Source: Candidatus Zipacnadia bacterium
Lineage (GTDB): Bacteria > Armatimonadota > Zipacnadia > JALGUG01
DNA: 64,000 nucleotides
Assembly (NCBI GenBank): GCA_029820995.1
Contig: JALGUG010000010.1
Coordinates: 9,878 to 73,877 of the forward strand
Reading direction: 5' to 3'
Part shown: positions 9,356 to 18,230 of the stretch, piece after piece
Numbering within the stretch: the first letter of the stretch is position 1
Layout of the letters: each line of letters begins with the position of its first letter
Position numbers and translations under genes: made by a program
The notes under the pieces: generated by a model
The model's input: the letters and a program-made list of their open reading frames with translations, nothing else
Databases searched by the model: none
What the model was told of the DNA's origin: nothing

Positions 9356-11695
9356 GTGGCGACAAGCCCCGGAGCGGCAGTGAGCAGCCAAGACGCACCC
9401 GATAGGCCTGCGGACGGTCGGTGGGTGGGCTGGGGCGCAATCGGTGTGTACGGCGCAAGCTCGATGGCGGGCCAGGTCCTGCTGATGCGGGAGCTGGTCA
9501 ATGTTTTGTACGGCAACGAGCTCTCGTTGGGAATCCTATTGGGCGTCTGGCTGCTGCTGACAGCCGTCGGAAGCGCCTTGGCCTCGCGTCCCCTGTTACG
9601 GGTGCGGAGGGCCCGTGCTGCGCTGGCGATCAGCCAAGTTTGTTTCGCACTGCTCCTGCCGGCTGCGATCTACGGCGTGCGTGGTGCGCGGGGGCTGCTG
9701 TTTCCGGATCTGTTGCCGGGGGAGCTGATCGGGCTGGGCGGCATCTTGGCCGGAGCCTTGGGATTTCTGGCGCCTATCTGTCTGCTGTCCGGCGTACAGT
9801 TCGCCCTGGCCTGTCGAGTGCTGGGCGGAACCCGTGGGGCGGCCGCCGCCGGGCTTGGCCAGACGTACGCTGCGGTAGCCGTCGGAGACATCGTGGCCGG
9901 CGGGCTGCTGAGCAGCGCCGTGGTGATGCAGCTTAACCCCTTCTGGATCGCCTTCGGCCTGGCCGTCCTGAATCTCATTTCGGCTACCGCACTGTTCTCG
10001 CCGGCGCCACGGGTCCTGCTCGCCGCCGCCGGAGCGGTTGGGCTGGTGGCCGCGGGAGTGCTGGGCGTGCCGCGGACACTGGATCGCGACTCGGCGCGGC
10101 GCCAGTGGCGAGGGTTTAACCTGGTCGTATACCGCAACTCCCTGTATGGCAGCATTGCCGTCACCCGGGACGGCGAGCTGTATAGCTACTTCCAGAGCGG
10201 CCATCTGGCCTTCTCTTCTCCCGATGCGTACTCCGCTGAAATGAACGCTCAGATTCCTCTCCTCGCGCACCCGGACCCGCAGCGCATTCTGATGATTGGC
10301 GGAGGTGTGGGCGGAGGCCTGCACGAGGCCCTGAAGTACCGCCCCAGGCAGCTAGATTATGTGGAGCTGGATCCCGTGCTGCTGGAGGTTGCCCAGGACT
10401 GCATCGCTCCCCGGGACCTGGCAGCGCTGCAGGCACCACAGGTGAGTATCTATCACGGCGACGGTCGCCTGTTCGTGAAGAAGGCCCAGCCGGAGAGCTA
10501 CGACGTCGTCATGCTCAACGTGCCGGACCCCTTCACCGTTCAGCTCAACCGGTTCTACACTCTCGAGTTCTTTCGCGAGGTGCGGCGAATTCTGGCGCCG
10601 CGCGGCCTGTTGTCCTTGCGCTTGACCTCCAGCGGCTCGTACCTGGATACCCGTTCGGCGGAACTCGATGGCGTAGTATTCCAAGCTCTACGCCGGGTAT
10701 TCCGCTTTGTGCTACCTCTGCCGGGCGAGTCCGTGTTCATGCTGGCCACGGACGAAGCTGCCTTCCTGGCGCGCAACCGTGAGCAGTTCGTCCGGCGTCT
10801 GGCCGAGCGCCACCTGCAAAACGAGTATGTGGACGAGTACTACCTGGGGACGACCGAGCGGCTGGACCCCCAGCGCATGCAAGAGCTGCTGGACACGCTT
10901 GCCGCAGCGCGACCGGACCGCATCAACACCGATCTGCGGCCGGTTGCTTGCTTTTATCAGATGTCGCTATGGAACTTCATGCTGCGCGGCAAGGAGAATG
11001 GTCAACATCTGGCAGACTCGCTCCGGCGCGTGATGGATCTGGGTCCCTGGCCTTTGATCGTGACGTTAGTCGTGCTCGGCTCCGCGCTTTCGCTCTGGGC
11101 GCGACGCGGGTCCCGGTCATTGCGATTGCTGACGCTCTGGGCGCTGGCCGCTGCCGGTTTCGGCGGGCTGGTTCTCGAGGTCGGTTTGGTGTTCGCCTTC
11201 CAGGCACTATACGGTTACGTCTATCAGAAGGTCGGGCTCATCGTCGCTGCCTTCATGGTGGGGACGATCGCCGGCAGTCTCGGTATGACACGGCGCCTGC
11301 GATCCGTTCAGCACGAAGAGGCGCTGCTGGCCCGAACCGGCGTGTTCGGCGTGGCTTGCGCGGTCCTGGCTGCCCTCTGCCTGCCGATGATGGCGCGGCT
11401 GACCGGGGCGGCCGGGGATTTGGCGGCACAGGCGCTGATCCCGATTCTGGTGTGCCTGGGCGGTGTCGTGGTCGGCATGCAGTTCCCGCTCGGCGGCAGC
11501 CTCCTCCTGCGGGGCGGCCGTCCGCCGGCGCGGGCCGGAGGCCAGGCGTACGCCGCCGACCTCCTGGGAGCCTCGGCGGGTGCTCTGGTGACCACCGTCC
11601 TGCTGCTGCCGGCAGTCGGCATTGTCGGCACCTGCCTGGCGGCGGCCGGAGTCTTCTGCACGGGCGCCCTGCCGCTCCTGGTGCTGAAGAAATAG
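9356..11695 (+). CDS. Fused MFS-like / spermidine-synthase-like membrane protein
   Basis: About 7 N-terminal TM helices, central ILMIGGGVG..VELDP..DGRLFV..YDVVMLNVPDP..FYTLEFF domain, about 6 C-terminal TM helices. Start may be GTG 9380. Confidence 0.88.
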   Translation: MATSPGAAVSSQDAPDRPADGRWVGWGAIGVYGASSMAGQVLLMRELVNVLYGNELSLGILLGVWLLLTAVGSALASRPLLRVRRARAALAISQVCFALLLPAAIYGVRGARGLLFPDLLPGELIGLGGILAGALGFLAPICLLSGVQFALACRVLGGTRGAAAAGLGQTYAAVAVGDIVAGGLLSSAVVMQLNPFWIAFGLAVLNLISATALFSPAPRVLLAAAGAVGLVAAGVLGVPRTLDRDSARRQWRGFNLVVYRNSLYGSIAVTRDGELYSYFQSGHLAFSSPDAYSAEMNAQIPLLAHPDPQRILMIGGGVGGGLHEALKYRPRQLDYVELDPVLLEVAQDCIAPRDLAALQAPQVSIYHGDGRLFVKKAQPESYDVVMLNVPDPFTVQLNRFYTLEFFREVRRILAPRGLLSLRLTSSGSYLDTRSAELDGVVFQALRRVFRFVLPLPGESVFMLATDEAAFLARNREQFVRRLAERHLQNEYVDEYYLGTTERLDPQRMQELLDTLAAARPDRINTDLRPVACFYQMSLWNFMLRGKENGQHLADSLRRVMDLGPWPLIVTLVVLGSALSLWARRGSRSLRLLTLWALAAAGFGGLVLEVGLVFAFQALYGYVYQKVGLIVAAFMVGTIAGSLGMTRRLRSVQHEEALLARTGVFGVACAVLAALCLPMMARLTGAAGDLAAQALIPILVCLGGVVVGMQFPLGGSLLLRGGRPPARAGGQAYAADLLGASAGALVTTVLLLPAVGIVGTCLAAAGVFCTGALPLLVLKK

Positions 11696-11824
11696 CGCCA
11701 GGATTGTTACCTGTTCGTGTTCGGATGGCTGGAACAATTGGAGCAGGAAGGTGTAGAATCTTGGCGAATACGTAAAGGGACCTAGCATCGGCGGGCGAGG
11801 AACGCGACACAGCCGAGGGGTACT

Positions 11825-12931
11825 ATGGAGCGTCGCGAGTTCCTGCAAACTGTTCTCCGGGCTTCTCTGGGTGTGGCAGCGGCCTGTGCGCTCGTGGATG
11901 AGGCGATCGCTTCCGGCGTCCTGCGCGAGGCCCGGTATTACGTCAAGTCGAATCCTCCGGCCGTCACCTGTCAGCTCTGTCCCCGTCGCTGCTACATCGA
12001 GCCGGGCAGGACGGGCCATTGCCGCGTGCGGGTCAATCGGGGCGGCAAACTGTACACCCTGGCGTACGGCAATCCCTGCGCCGTGCACGTGGACCCCATC
12101 GAGAAGACCCCGGTGTTTCACGTGTTGCCCGGAGCAAGTGCCCTGGCGCTCGCCTGTGCCGGATGTACCCTCCAGTGCAAGTACTGCCAAAACTGGCGGA
12201 TTTCCCAGGCCAGCCCGACCGAGACGAAGAACTATGACCTACCTCCTCAGGCGGTCATCGCGCGGGCCAAGAAAGACGGCTGCCGGGCAGTGGTCTTCAG
12301 CTATACCGAGCCGACGATGTTCTTCGAGTACATGGTGGACATCGCGAAGCTGGCTCGCAAGAATGGCTTGAAGGCCGTCGTGAAATCCTGCGGGTACATT
12401 AACCCCGAGCCCCTGGCGGAGCTATCCCAGTATATAGACGCCGTGAACGTTGACATCAAGGGGTACTCGGAGAAGTACTACCGGGAGATCTGCGGGGCGA
12501 GCATGAAGCCTCCGCTGGAGGCGATTAAGGGCTACAAGCAGCAGGGCGTGTGGGTCGAGGTTACGAACCTGATGATCGGAGGCCTGAACGACAGCACGGA
12601 GATGGTGCGGGGCATGGTCCGGTGGATTAAGTCCAACCTGGGTTCCGCGACGCCGCTGATCCTGAGCCGTTTCTTCCCTGCATACAAGTTGGGCTCGCTC
12701 CCGCCGCTGCCGATGTCCAAGTTGGAGCGAGCACGCGACCTGGCGATCAAGATGGGCCTACAGTATGTCTACATTGGCAATGTGCCCGGGCATGAGGGCG
12801 AGAGCGTGATCTGTCCGCAGTGCAGCCGCGTCGTCGTACGCCGGATCGGGCATTTCCTGATTGACTATGATCTGACGCACGGCAAGTGCAAGTACTGCGG
12901 GTACAAACTTCCGGGGATCTGGCAGGCGTGA
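11825..12931 (+). CDS. amrS: AmmeMemoRadiSam-system radical SAM enzyme with twin-arginine leader
   Basis: CQLCPRRC..GHCRVR..DPIEKTP, CxxxCxxC (CTLQCKYCQNW), SYTEP, YVYIGNVPG..CPQC; N-terminal ERREFL. Confidence 0.9.
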   Translation: MERREFLQTVLRASLGVAAACALVDEAIASGVLREARYYVKSNPPAVTCQLCPRRCYIEPGRTGHCRVRVNRGGKLYTLAYGNPCAVHVDPIEKTPVFHVLPGASALALACAGCTLQCKYCQNWRISQASPTETKNYDLPPQAVIARAKKDGCRAVVFSYTEPTMFFEYMVDIAKLARKNGLKAVVKSCGYINPEPLAELSQYIDAVNVDIKGYSEKYYREICGASMKPPLEAIKGYKQQGVWVEVTNLMIGGLNDSTEMVRGMVRWIKSNLGSATPLILSRFFPAYKLGSLPPLPMSKLERARDLAIKMGLQYVYIGNVPGHEGESVICPQCSRVVVRRIGHFLIDYDLTHGKCKYCGYKLPGIWQA

Positions 12932-12932
12932 G

Positions 12933-15752
12933 ATGGCTCAAAGCAGACTGCTCCTAAGAGTCGTACTGTTGGCCGTGCTGACTGCCGGGCCGCTTTCTGG
13001 GGTCCTGGCGCAGCAGGGCGGCGATATTGACGCGCTCATCGAGCAACTCAGCGACGATCAGCCTGCGAAGCGTGTCGCTGCCGCCAGGGCGCTCGGAGCG
13101 CGCAAGGACCTGAAAGCGCTCAATCCCCTGTGTCTGACCCGCCGGGACCCCAATCGCAAGGTCCGTCTGGCGGCGGCAGAGGCACTGGGTCAGCTCGGCG
13201 ACCCCCGCGCCTGCCCGTACCTGATGGAGTTCTACTACTATCACGGCTCGCCGCCGTATCTGCGGAACACGATGCTCGCCATGCGCGTACTCGGCCAGAT
13301 CGGGGGCGAGCGTGCAGCACGGGCGCTGATCCAGGATCTCCGCCGTGAGTGCCATGTGGTCCACGGCGTCGTGCTCGACGGTCTGGCGCGTCAGGCGGCG
13401 TCGGCTCTGACGCAGGCGGGAGAGGAGGCGACGCCCGCGCTGTTGGAGGGGCTGCAGGACAAGGACCCGACCGTGCGCGTCATCTGCGCCAGCGCCCTGG
13501 AGCGTCTGGCTCCTGAGGCGGCTGTGCCCGGGCTGATCGAAGCACTCCAGGACCCCAGTGCGGACGTCCGCATTGTGGCGGTGCGAGCCCTGGGCGATAT
13601 TGCGGCGCCGGAGGCCGCAGCACCGATTGTGGCGCGCGTGAGCGACGACACCTCAATGCACTTCCGACTGGCTGCCGCGAGTACTGTTCGCGCGCTCGGC
13701 GAGGCTGCTGTGAAGCCGCTGACGGACGCGCTGCGTGCGGGTAATCCTCAGTCGCAGGTGTGGGCTGCCGAGACGCTGGGCGACCTGGGCCAGGCTGAGG
13801 CAGCCGGCGACTTGGTGGCGGCACTCAGCGCCAAGCGCAGCGAACTACGGGCCGCGGCGGCGGAGGCGCTGGGAAAGCTGGACGTCAAGACGGCCGAACA
13901 GAAGCTGGCCGCGCTCACCGAGGACCCGAGCGAGTGGGTGCGGACGCAAGCTTTCCGGGCGCTCGGCCAGATACAGGCGCAGGCCACGGACGTCGTCGCC
14001 AAAGGCCTGCAAGACCCGGACCGCTTGGTGCGCTGTGCCGCGGCGGAGGCTTTGGCGCAGGTAGCGGGACCCGCTGCCCCGCTGGTGCGGGCGCTAGAGG
14101 ATACCGATGCGCGCGTGCAGCGCAGTGCGGCTCTGGCGCTGGGGAAGCTCAAAGCACCCGAGGCAGTGGAGCCGCTGGCGATACTGCTTCGCGGGCGCGA
14201 CGAGACCGTCGTCGCGGCTGCGGCCGAAGCGCTGGGGCAGATTGCCACTCCACCGGCTGTTGAGGCACTGGCCGCGCACGTCCGCGACCGACAGGCTACG
14301 GCGCGACGACCGGCCGCTGAAGCCCTGGGCCGAACCGGTGATCTAGCCGCGGCCCGGAGTCTGATGGCGGAGGCCCTGCAGGGCGACGCCATTCACCTGC
14401 GCGAGCTGTTGCGCGTCTGTCTGGCGAGCATGGGGGCGCCGGCCATTCCACTCGCTCAGGAGCTCATCGCGAACAACGATGAACAGTTCCAGGAACTGGG
14501 GGCCGCGGCCCTGGCCGATATGGCCTGCCGCGAGGCCATGGCCGCACTCTTGGATAGTGTCGATCGGAAACTCCCCGACTCGGCGCGCGGCCAGATCATG
14601 CAAGGCCTCCAGCATCACGCTGCCGCCTTCGTGCCCGAGCTGCTGAACGGGCTGAAACACGAGCGGCCCGGACCTCGACAGGCCGCCGCCGCAGCCCTGC
14701 GACGCCTTCGAGCCGAGGACGTCCTGGACGCGTACGCGGAAGCGCTGAAGGACCCCGATGTTGCCTACCGCCGCCAAGTTGTCAACCTGTTGGCCCAGCG
14801 TCGGGAGCCGGAGGCGGTCCAGCCGCTGATCGCGGCGCTGGATGACGAAGACGTGGCCGTCAAAGTGCGGGCCATTCACGCCCTCGGTCAGCTCAAGGAC
14901 AAGGCCGCGATCGAGCCGATTGCGAAGCTCTACCCGAACTCGACCGGCGATCTGCGCTGGGCCTGTTTATGCGGGCTGGGTGAGTTGGGCGATCCGCGCG
15001 TGGCACCCGAACTGCTGCAGATCATGAAGGGCAACGCGAGCGACGAAGTGCGCGAAGACGCGGCCGGCCTCCTGGGCAAATGTGGCGATGCTAAGGTCGT
15101 GCCCGACCTGGTCGCTGCCGTAGAAGACCCGGCGCTACGAGCGGCGGCGCTGTACTCCCTCGGACAGATCGGCACGCCCGAGGCTTTGGCCGTCCTGTTT
15201 GACAAGCTCAAGAATGAACATGATCCGCACTTCCAGGTAATGGTGGCTGCCCTGGGCGAGTCGCGCAGTTCCCAGGCCGCTGACTGGTTGGTCGCGTACT
15301 ACTTGGAGGACAATGACCACCACCGCAACGCCGGGACGGTGGAGTACGCGCTGGGGCGCCTGGGGGAGCACGCACTGGAGGCCACCGTACGGCTGCTGAA
15401 CGATCGCGAGGCCGATCTGAGGCTGGCGGCGGCCAAGTCCATGGTGCAATGTGAGGGCTCGCGGGCGCTGGGCCGGCTGATGACGGCGACGCGGTTCGGC
15501 GATGACGCCTTGGACGAGTTCGCCCTGGACTGTCTGGCGCAGTGGGAAGCCCGTGAGCGGCTGAGGATGGTCACACAGATGGCCCTGGCGCACGATAGCG
15601 CCGCGGTCCGAGCCAAGGCCGCGCGCGTGGCCGTCCAGCTAGACCGCGACAGGGCCGAGCGAGCCTTTCGTGCGGCTAGCCAGAGCGAAGACCCCGGTCG
15701 CGCGGCAGCCGGCGCTGAAGCGCTGCAAGCCGCCGGTCTGGAGCAGGCGTGA
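12933..15752 (+). CDS. Secreted HEAT/PBS-lyase repeat protein
   Basis: Signal peptide (VLA|QQ); many L..D.D..VR.AAAEALG.LG repeats. Confidence 0.9.
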   Translation: MAQSRLLLRVVLLAVLTAGPLSGVLAQQGGDIDALIEQLSDDQPAKRVAAARALGARKDLKALNPLCLTRRDPNRKVRLAAAEALGQLGDPRACPYLMEFYYYHGSPPYLRNTMLAMRVLGQIGGERAARALIQDLRRECHVVHGVVLDGLARQAASALTQAGEEATPALLEGLQDKDPTVRVICASALERLAPEAAVPGLIEALQDPSADVRIVAVRALGDIAAPEAAAPIVARVSDDTSMHFRLAAASTVRALGEAAVKPLTDALRAGNPQSQVWAAETLGDLGQAEAAGDLVAALSAKRSELRAAAAEALGKLDVKTAEQKLAALTEDPSEWVRTQAFRALGQIQAQATDVVAKGLQDPDRLVRCAAAEALAQVAGPAAPLVRALEDTDARVQRSAALALGKLKAPEAVEPLAILLRGRDETVVAAAAEALGQIATPPAVEALAAHVRDRQATARRPAAEALGRTGDLAAARSLMAEALQGDAIHLRELLRVCLASMGAPAIPLAQELIANNDEQFQELGAAALADMACREAMAALLDSVDRKLPDSARGQIMQGLQHHAAAFVPELLNGLKHERPGPRQAAAAALRRLRAEDVLDAYAEALKDPDVAYRRQVVNLLAQRREPEAVQPLIAALDDEDVAVKVRAIHALGQLKDKAAIEPIAKLYPNSTGDLRWACLCGLGELGDPRVAPELLQIMKGNASDEVREDAAGLLGKCGDAKVVPDLVAAVEDPALRAAALYSLGQIGTPEALAVLFDKLKNEHDPHFQVMVAALGESRSSQAADWLVAYYLEDNDHHRNAGTVEYALGRLGEHALEATVRLLNDREADLRLAAAKSMVQCEGSRALGRLMTATRFGDDALDEFALDCLAQWEARERLRMVTQMALAHDSAAVRAKAARVAVQLDRDRAERAFRAASQSEDPGRAAAGAEALQAAGLEQA

Positions 15753-15789
15753 GCGCAAAACGCTATGTTGCGAGAGGAGAGTGCCTGCG

Positions 15790-16860
15790 ATGAGGTCTGC
15801 CAGCGTATGTCTTCTCGTTGTGTGCTTGATGGTCGGTGTGGCGGGCCTGACCTGGGCCGAAGGGGATAATTGCCCGGTCGAGCTGCAAACGGACGAGGGC
15901 AAGCCGGACGCGGTACTGATGGAGCGGACGCTAGACGCGGGCGAGCATACTTACGCCGCCACCCTCAGCGACCGCGAGGCCTTGACCTCCATGCTAGCGC
16001 CCAATCCGCTGACCAAGGTTGTGGCCAACGTGTTCATCAGGGAACATGCACCCACGGATTGGGACTGGAGCTTGGCCAGCGCCACACTGATGGCCGGCGT
16101 CATGGCGGCATGGGAGGAGACCCGTGAGCAGAGGTACTTCGACTACGTGAAACACTGGGCCGATTACCACCTGGAGCGCGGGCTGAAGCTCGACAGCATC
16201 GCCGCCTGCGTGCCTGGGGGGCTGCTACTGGCGCTCTATGAGCAGACCCAAGACCTGGAGTATCTCGAAGGCGCCAATCAGGCCTGCGCGGCGGCCGTGG
16301 CCTTGTCCACCGAGGGTGCTGAGCCACCGGCCAATTCGGGGCCCGAGGCCTTTTGCTATGGGACCTATCGGGACCTGGTCGTGGCCGAGTTCTGCATCGC
16401 GCCGTTCCTGGCGCGCATGGGCCAGCTCAACCACGACCGCAAGTGCTTCGACCTGGCCGCCGAGAAGAGCGTGCGCTACATGGACTACTTGCGCTTCTAC
16501 CGCCGGGATACCGGGCCGCTGAAGGAGCGAGTGCTCCGCGAGGAATTGTGCACCCACATGCTCAAGGAAGAGGGCAATCGGCTGTTTCCAAACCTGGACA
16601 AGCGCGGCGACGGCTGGCTGTACCTGAGCATGGGTGAGACCTTTGGCTTCCTGCCCGAGAACCATCCGCTCCGAGGGCGTCTCATCACCTTCCTGGAGAA
16701 CCAGGGCTTTCGCAGCCTGGATTTCTCGCCCATGGTGCTGGGGGCGGCGGCCGGATCGCTCAAGATCCAGTACACGCGCTCTCTGTACGTCTACGGCGCC
16801 GCCGAGCTCTTGGCCGTCCGGCCAGTGGAAAAGGCAGTGAGCGGGAAAGAGGGCTCCTGA
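15790..16860 (+). CDS. Secreted GH105/GH88-like (alpha/alpha)-barrel protein, divergent
   Basis: DWDW..GVMAAWEET.EQRYFDYVKHWAD, LLALYEQTQD..Y, APFLARMG, RGDGW..LPENHP.R; signal peptide from ATG 15790. Confidence 0.65.
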   Translation: MRSASVCLLVVCLMVGVAGLTWAEGDNCPVELQTDEGKPDAVLMERTLDAGEHTYAATLSDREALTSMLAPNPLTKVVANVFIREHAPTDWDWSLASATLMAGVMAAWEETREQRYFDYVKHWADYHLERGLKLDSIAACVPGGLLLALYEQTQDLEYLEGANQACAAAVALSTEGAEPPANSGPEAFCYGTYRDLVVAEFCIAPFLARMGQLNHDRKCFDLAAEKSVRYMDYLRFYRRDTGPLKERVLREELCTHMLKEEGNRLFPNLDKRGDGWLYLSMGETFGFLPENHPLRGRLITFLENQGFRSLDFSPMVLGAAAGSLKIQYTRSLYVYGAAELLAVRPVEKAVSGKEGS

Positions 16861-16887
16861 CGGCTGCTCCAGGAGGAGACCAAGCTA

Positions 16888-18057
16888 ATGAAGGCACTTG
16901 CTGTTGCCTTGTTCCTGAGCATGGGTGTAACCGGGCTTCTGGCCCAGGCCCCGGCCGAGCCGGACCAGGGACTGCCCACGCTCGTGGTGTTCCCCTTTGC
17001 CAACTCTACCACGGTGGCCCAAGCCGGTGTGATGGCCGCGGACGTGTTCATCCGCGAGCTCTTCCAGACCGGACGCTTTCAGCTCATCACGCCGACCAAG
17101 ACGCTGCCGATCCTGGTCCGGGAGAAGCTGGGATCGGTGGATGTGGATGAATGGGAGATCGGGACGCGTCTGGGCAACGAGCTGGGCGCGGACTACGCGT
17201 TGCTCGGCGCCGTGACTGCGCCGCCGGCGGTCGGCGGCGAGCAGGAGGAGCGCAAGCGGCCGGCCAGGCCCAACCGCATCGAGCTTTCGGCGCGACTGGT
17301 GAACATTCACCCCGGCGCCACGCTCTGGATGTGCTCCCGATCGGTCAGCCGGTTCGGTGGCCTCAATACGCAGGAGACGCTGCGGGGCTACGCGCGCGAG
17401 ATGACGCGGCTGATGTTCGAGGAGCTGGACGCCAAGCTCCCGCCGTACGCGCCGGCCGAGTGCGTGGCCCTTGATCTCAGCGCCGTGTGTAACACCGGCT
17501 TTCGCGACGACCAGAAGGAGGATCGGCAAGGCGGCTGGACGGATGACGGCCCCAACGACCTCCGGACCTTCCCCACGGGGCAGCAGACCTTCTGCGGCGT
17601 CAAGTTCAACATCCTTGACCCGGCGCAGAACGACTGGAAGTCCTGCCTCATTCTCAGGGGCAAGGATCGGCCTTATTTCCCGCCGGAGAGCGAGGCGATC
17701 CCCGTCGGCCAGGCGCTCAAGGCCGTGTACTTCTTGCACACGGCGGCCTGGTGTGCGCCGGATGGCACCGAAGTGCTGCGCTATGTGATCACCTTCGAAG
17801 ACGAGACCACTGCGGAGGTCCCCGTGATCGCCGGCTCGGGAATCGGCGACTGGTGGAACGCGACGCCGCTGCCGAACGCGCGCCTGGCCTGGAAGGGAGA
17901 CAGCCAGTACCACGACCCCGACGGCCTGCTGAAGTACGTGGGCGTGTATCTTTATCGGTGGAGCAGTCCGTCACCGGAAAAGGTCATCAAGACGATCAAA
18001 GCAATCTCCGCCGGCAGGGCGACGCCCATCGTTATCGCCATTACGGGAGAGAAGTAA
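16888..18057 (+). CDS. Secreted protein: CsgG/TolB-N-like domain plus glycosidase-associated beta-domain
   Basis: LVVFPFAN..LGADYALLGAV..LSARLVNI..G..LW; then LDLSAVCN.GF.DD..GGWTD.GPNDLR..GVKF.I.DP..LHTAAW..IGDWW. Confidence 0.6.
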   Translation: MKALAVALFLSMGVTGLLAQAPAEPDQGLPTLVVFPFANSTTVAQAGVMAADVFIRELFQTGRFQLITPTKTLPILVREKLGSVDVDEWEIGTRLGNELGADYALLGAVTAPPAVGGEQEERKRPARPNRIELSARLVNIHPGATLWMCSRSVSRFGGLNTQETLRGYAREMTRLMFEELDAKLPPYAPAECVALDLSAVCNTGFRDDQKEDRQGGWTDDGPNDLRTFPTGQQTFCGVKFNILDPAQNDWKSCLILRGKDRPYFPPESEAIPVGQALKAVYFLHTAAWCAPDGTEVLRYVITFEDETTAEVPVIAGSGIGDWWNATPLPNARLAWKGDSQYHDPDGLLKYVGVYLYRWSSPSPEKVIKTIKAISAGRATPIVIAITGEK

Positions 18058-18230
18058 CCGACCTGTCGGCCGCGAGGCGTGTCCTGCAGACGCGCCCGAG
18101 ATGCACATGGCCACGCCGGCGCCAGAGGAGCAAACGCCAGCGCGATGAAGGCGGGGTCGGAAGGGGTTAACCATGCCTTCCCGGGGTGCGGCGAGGCCCA
18201 GTCAGTGAGTACTCCTCCAGGGGGGCACTT

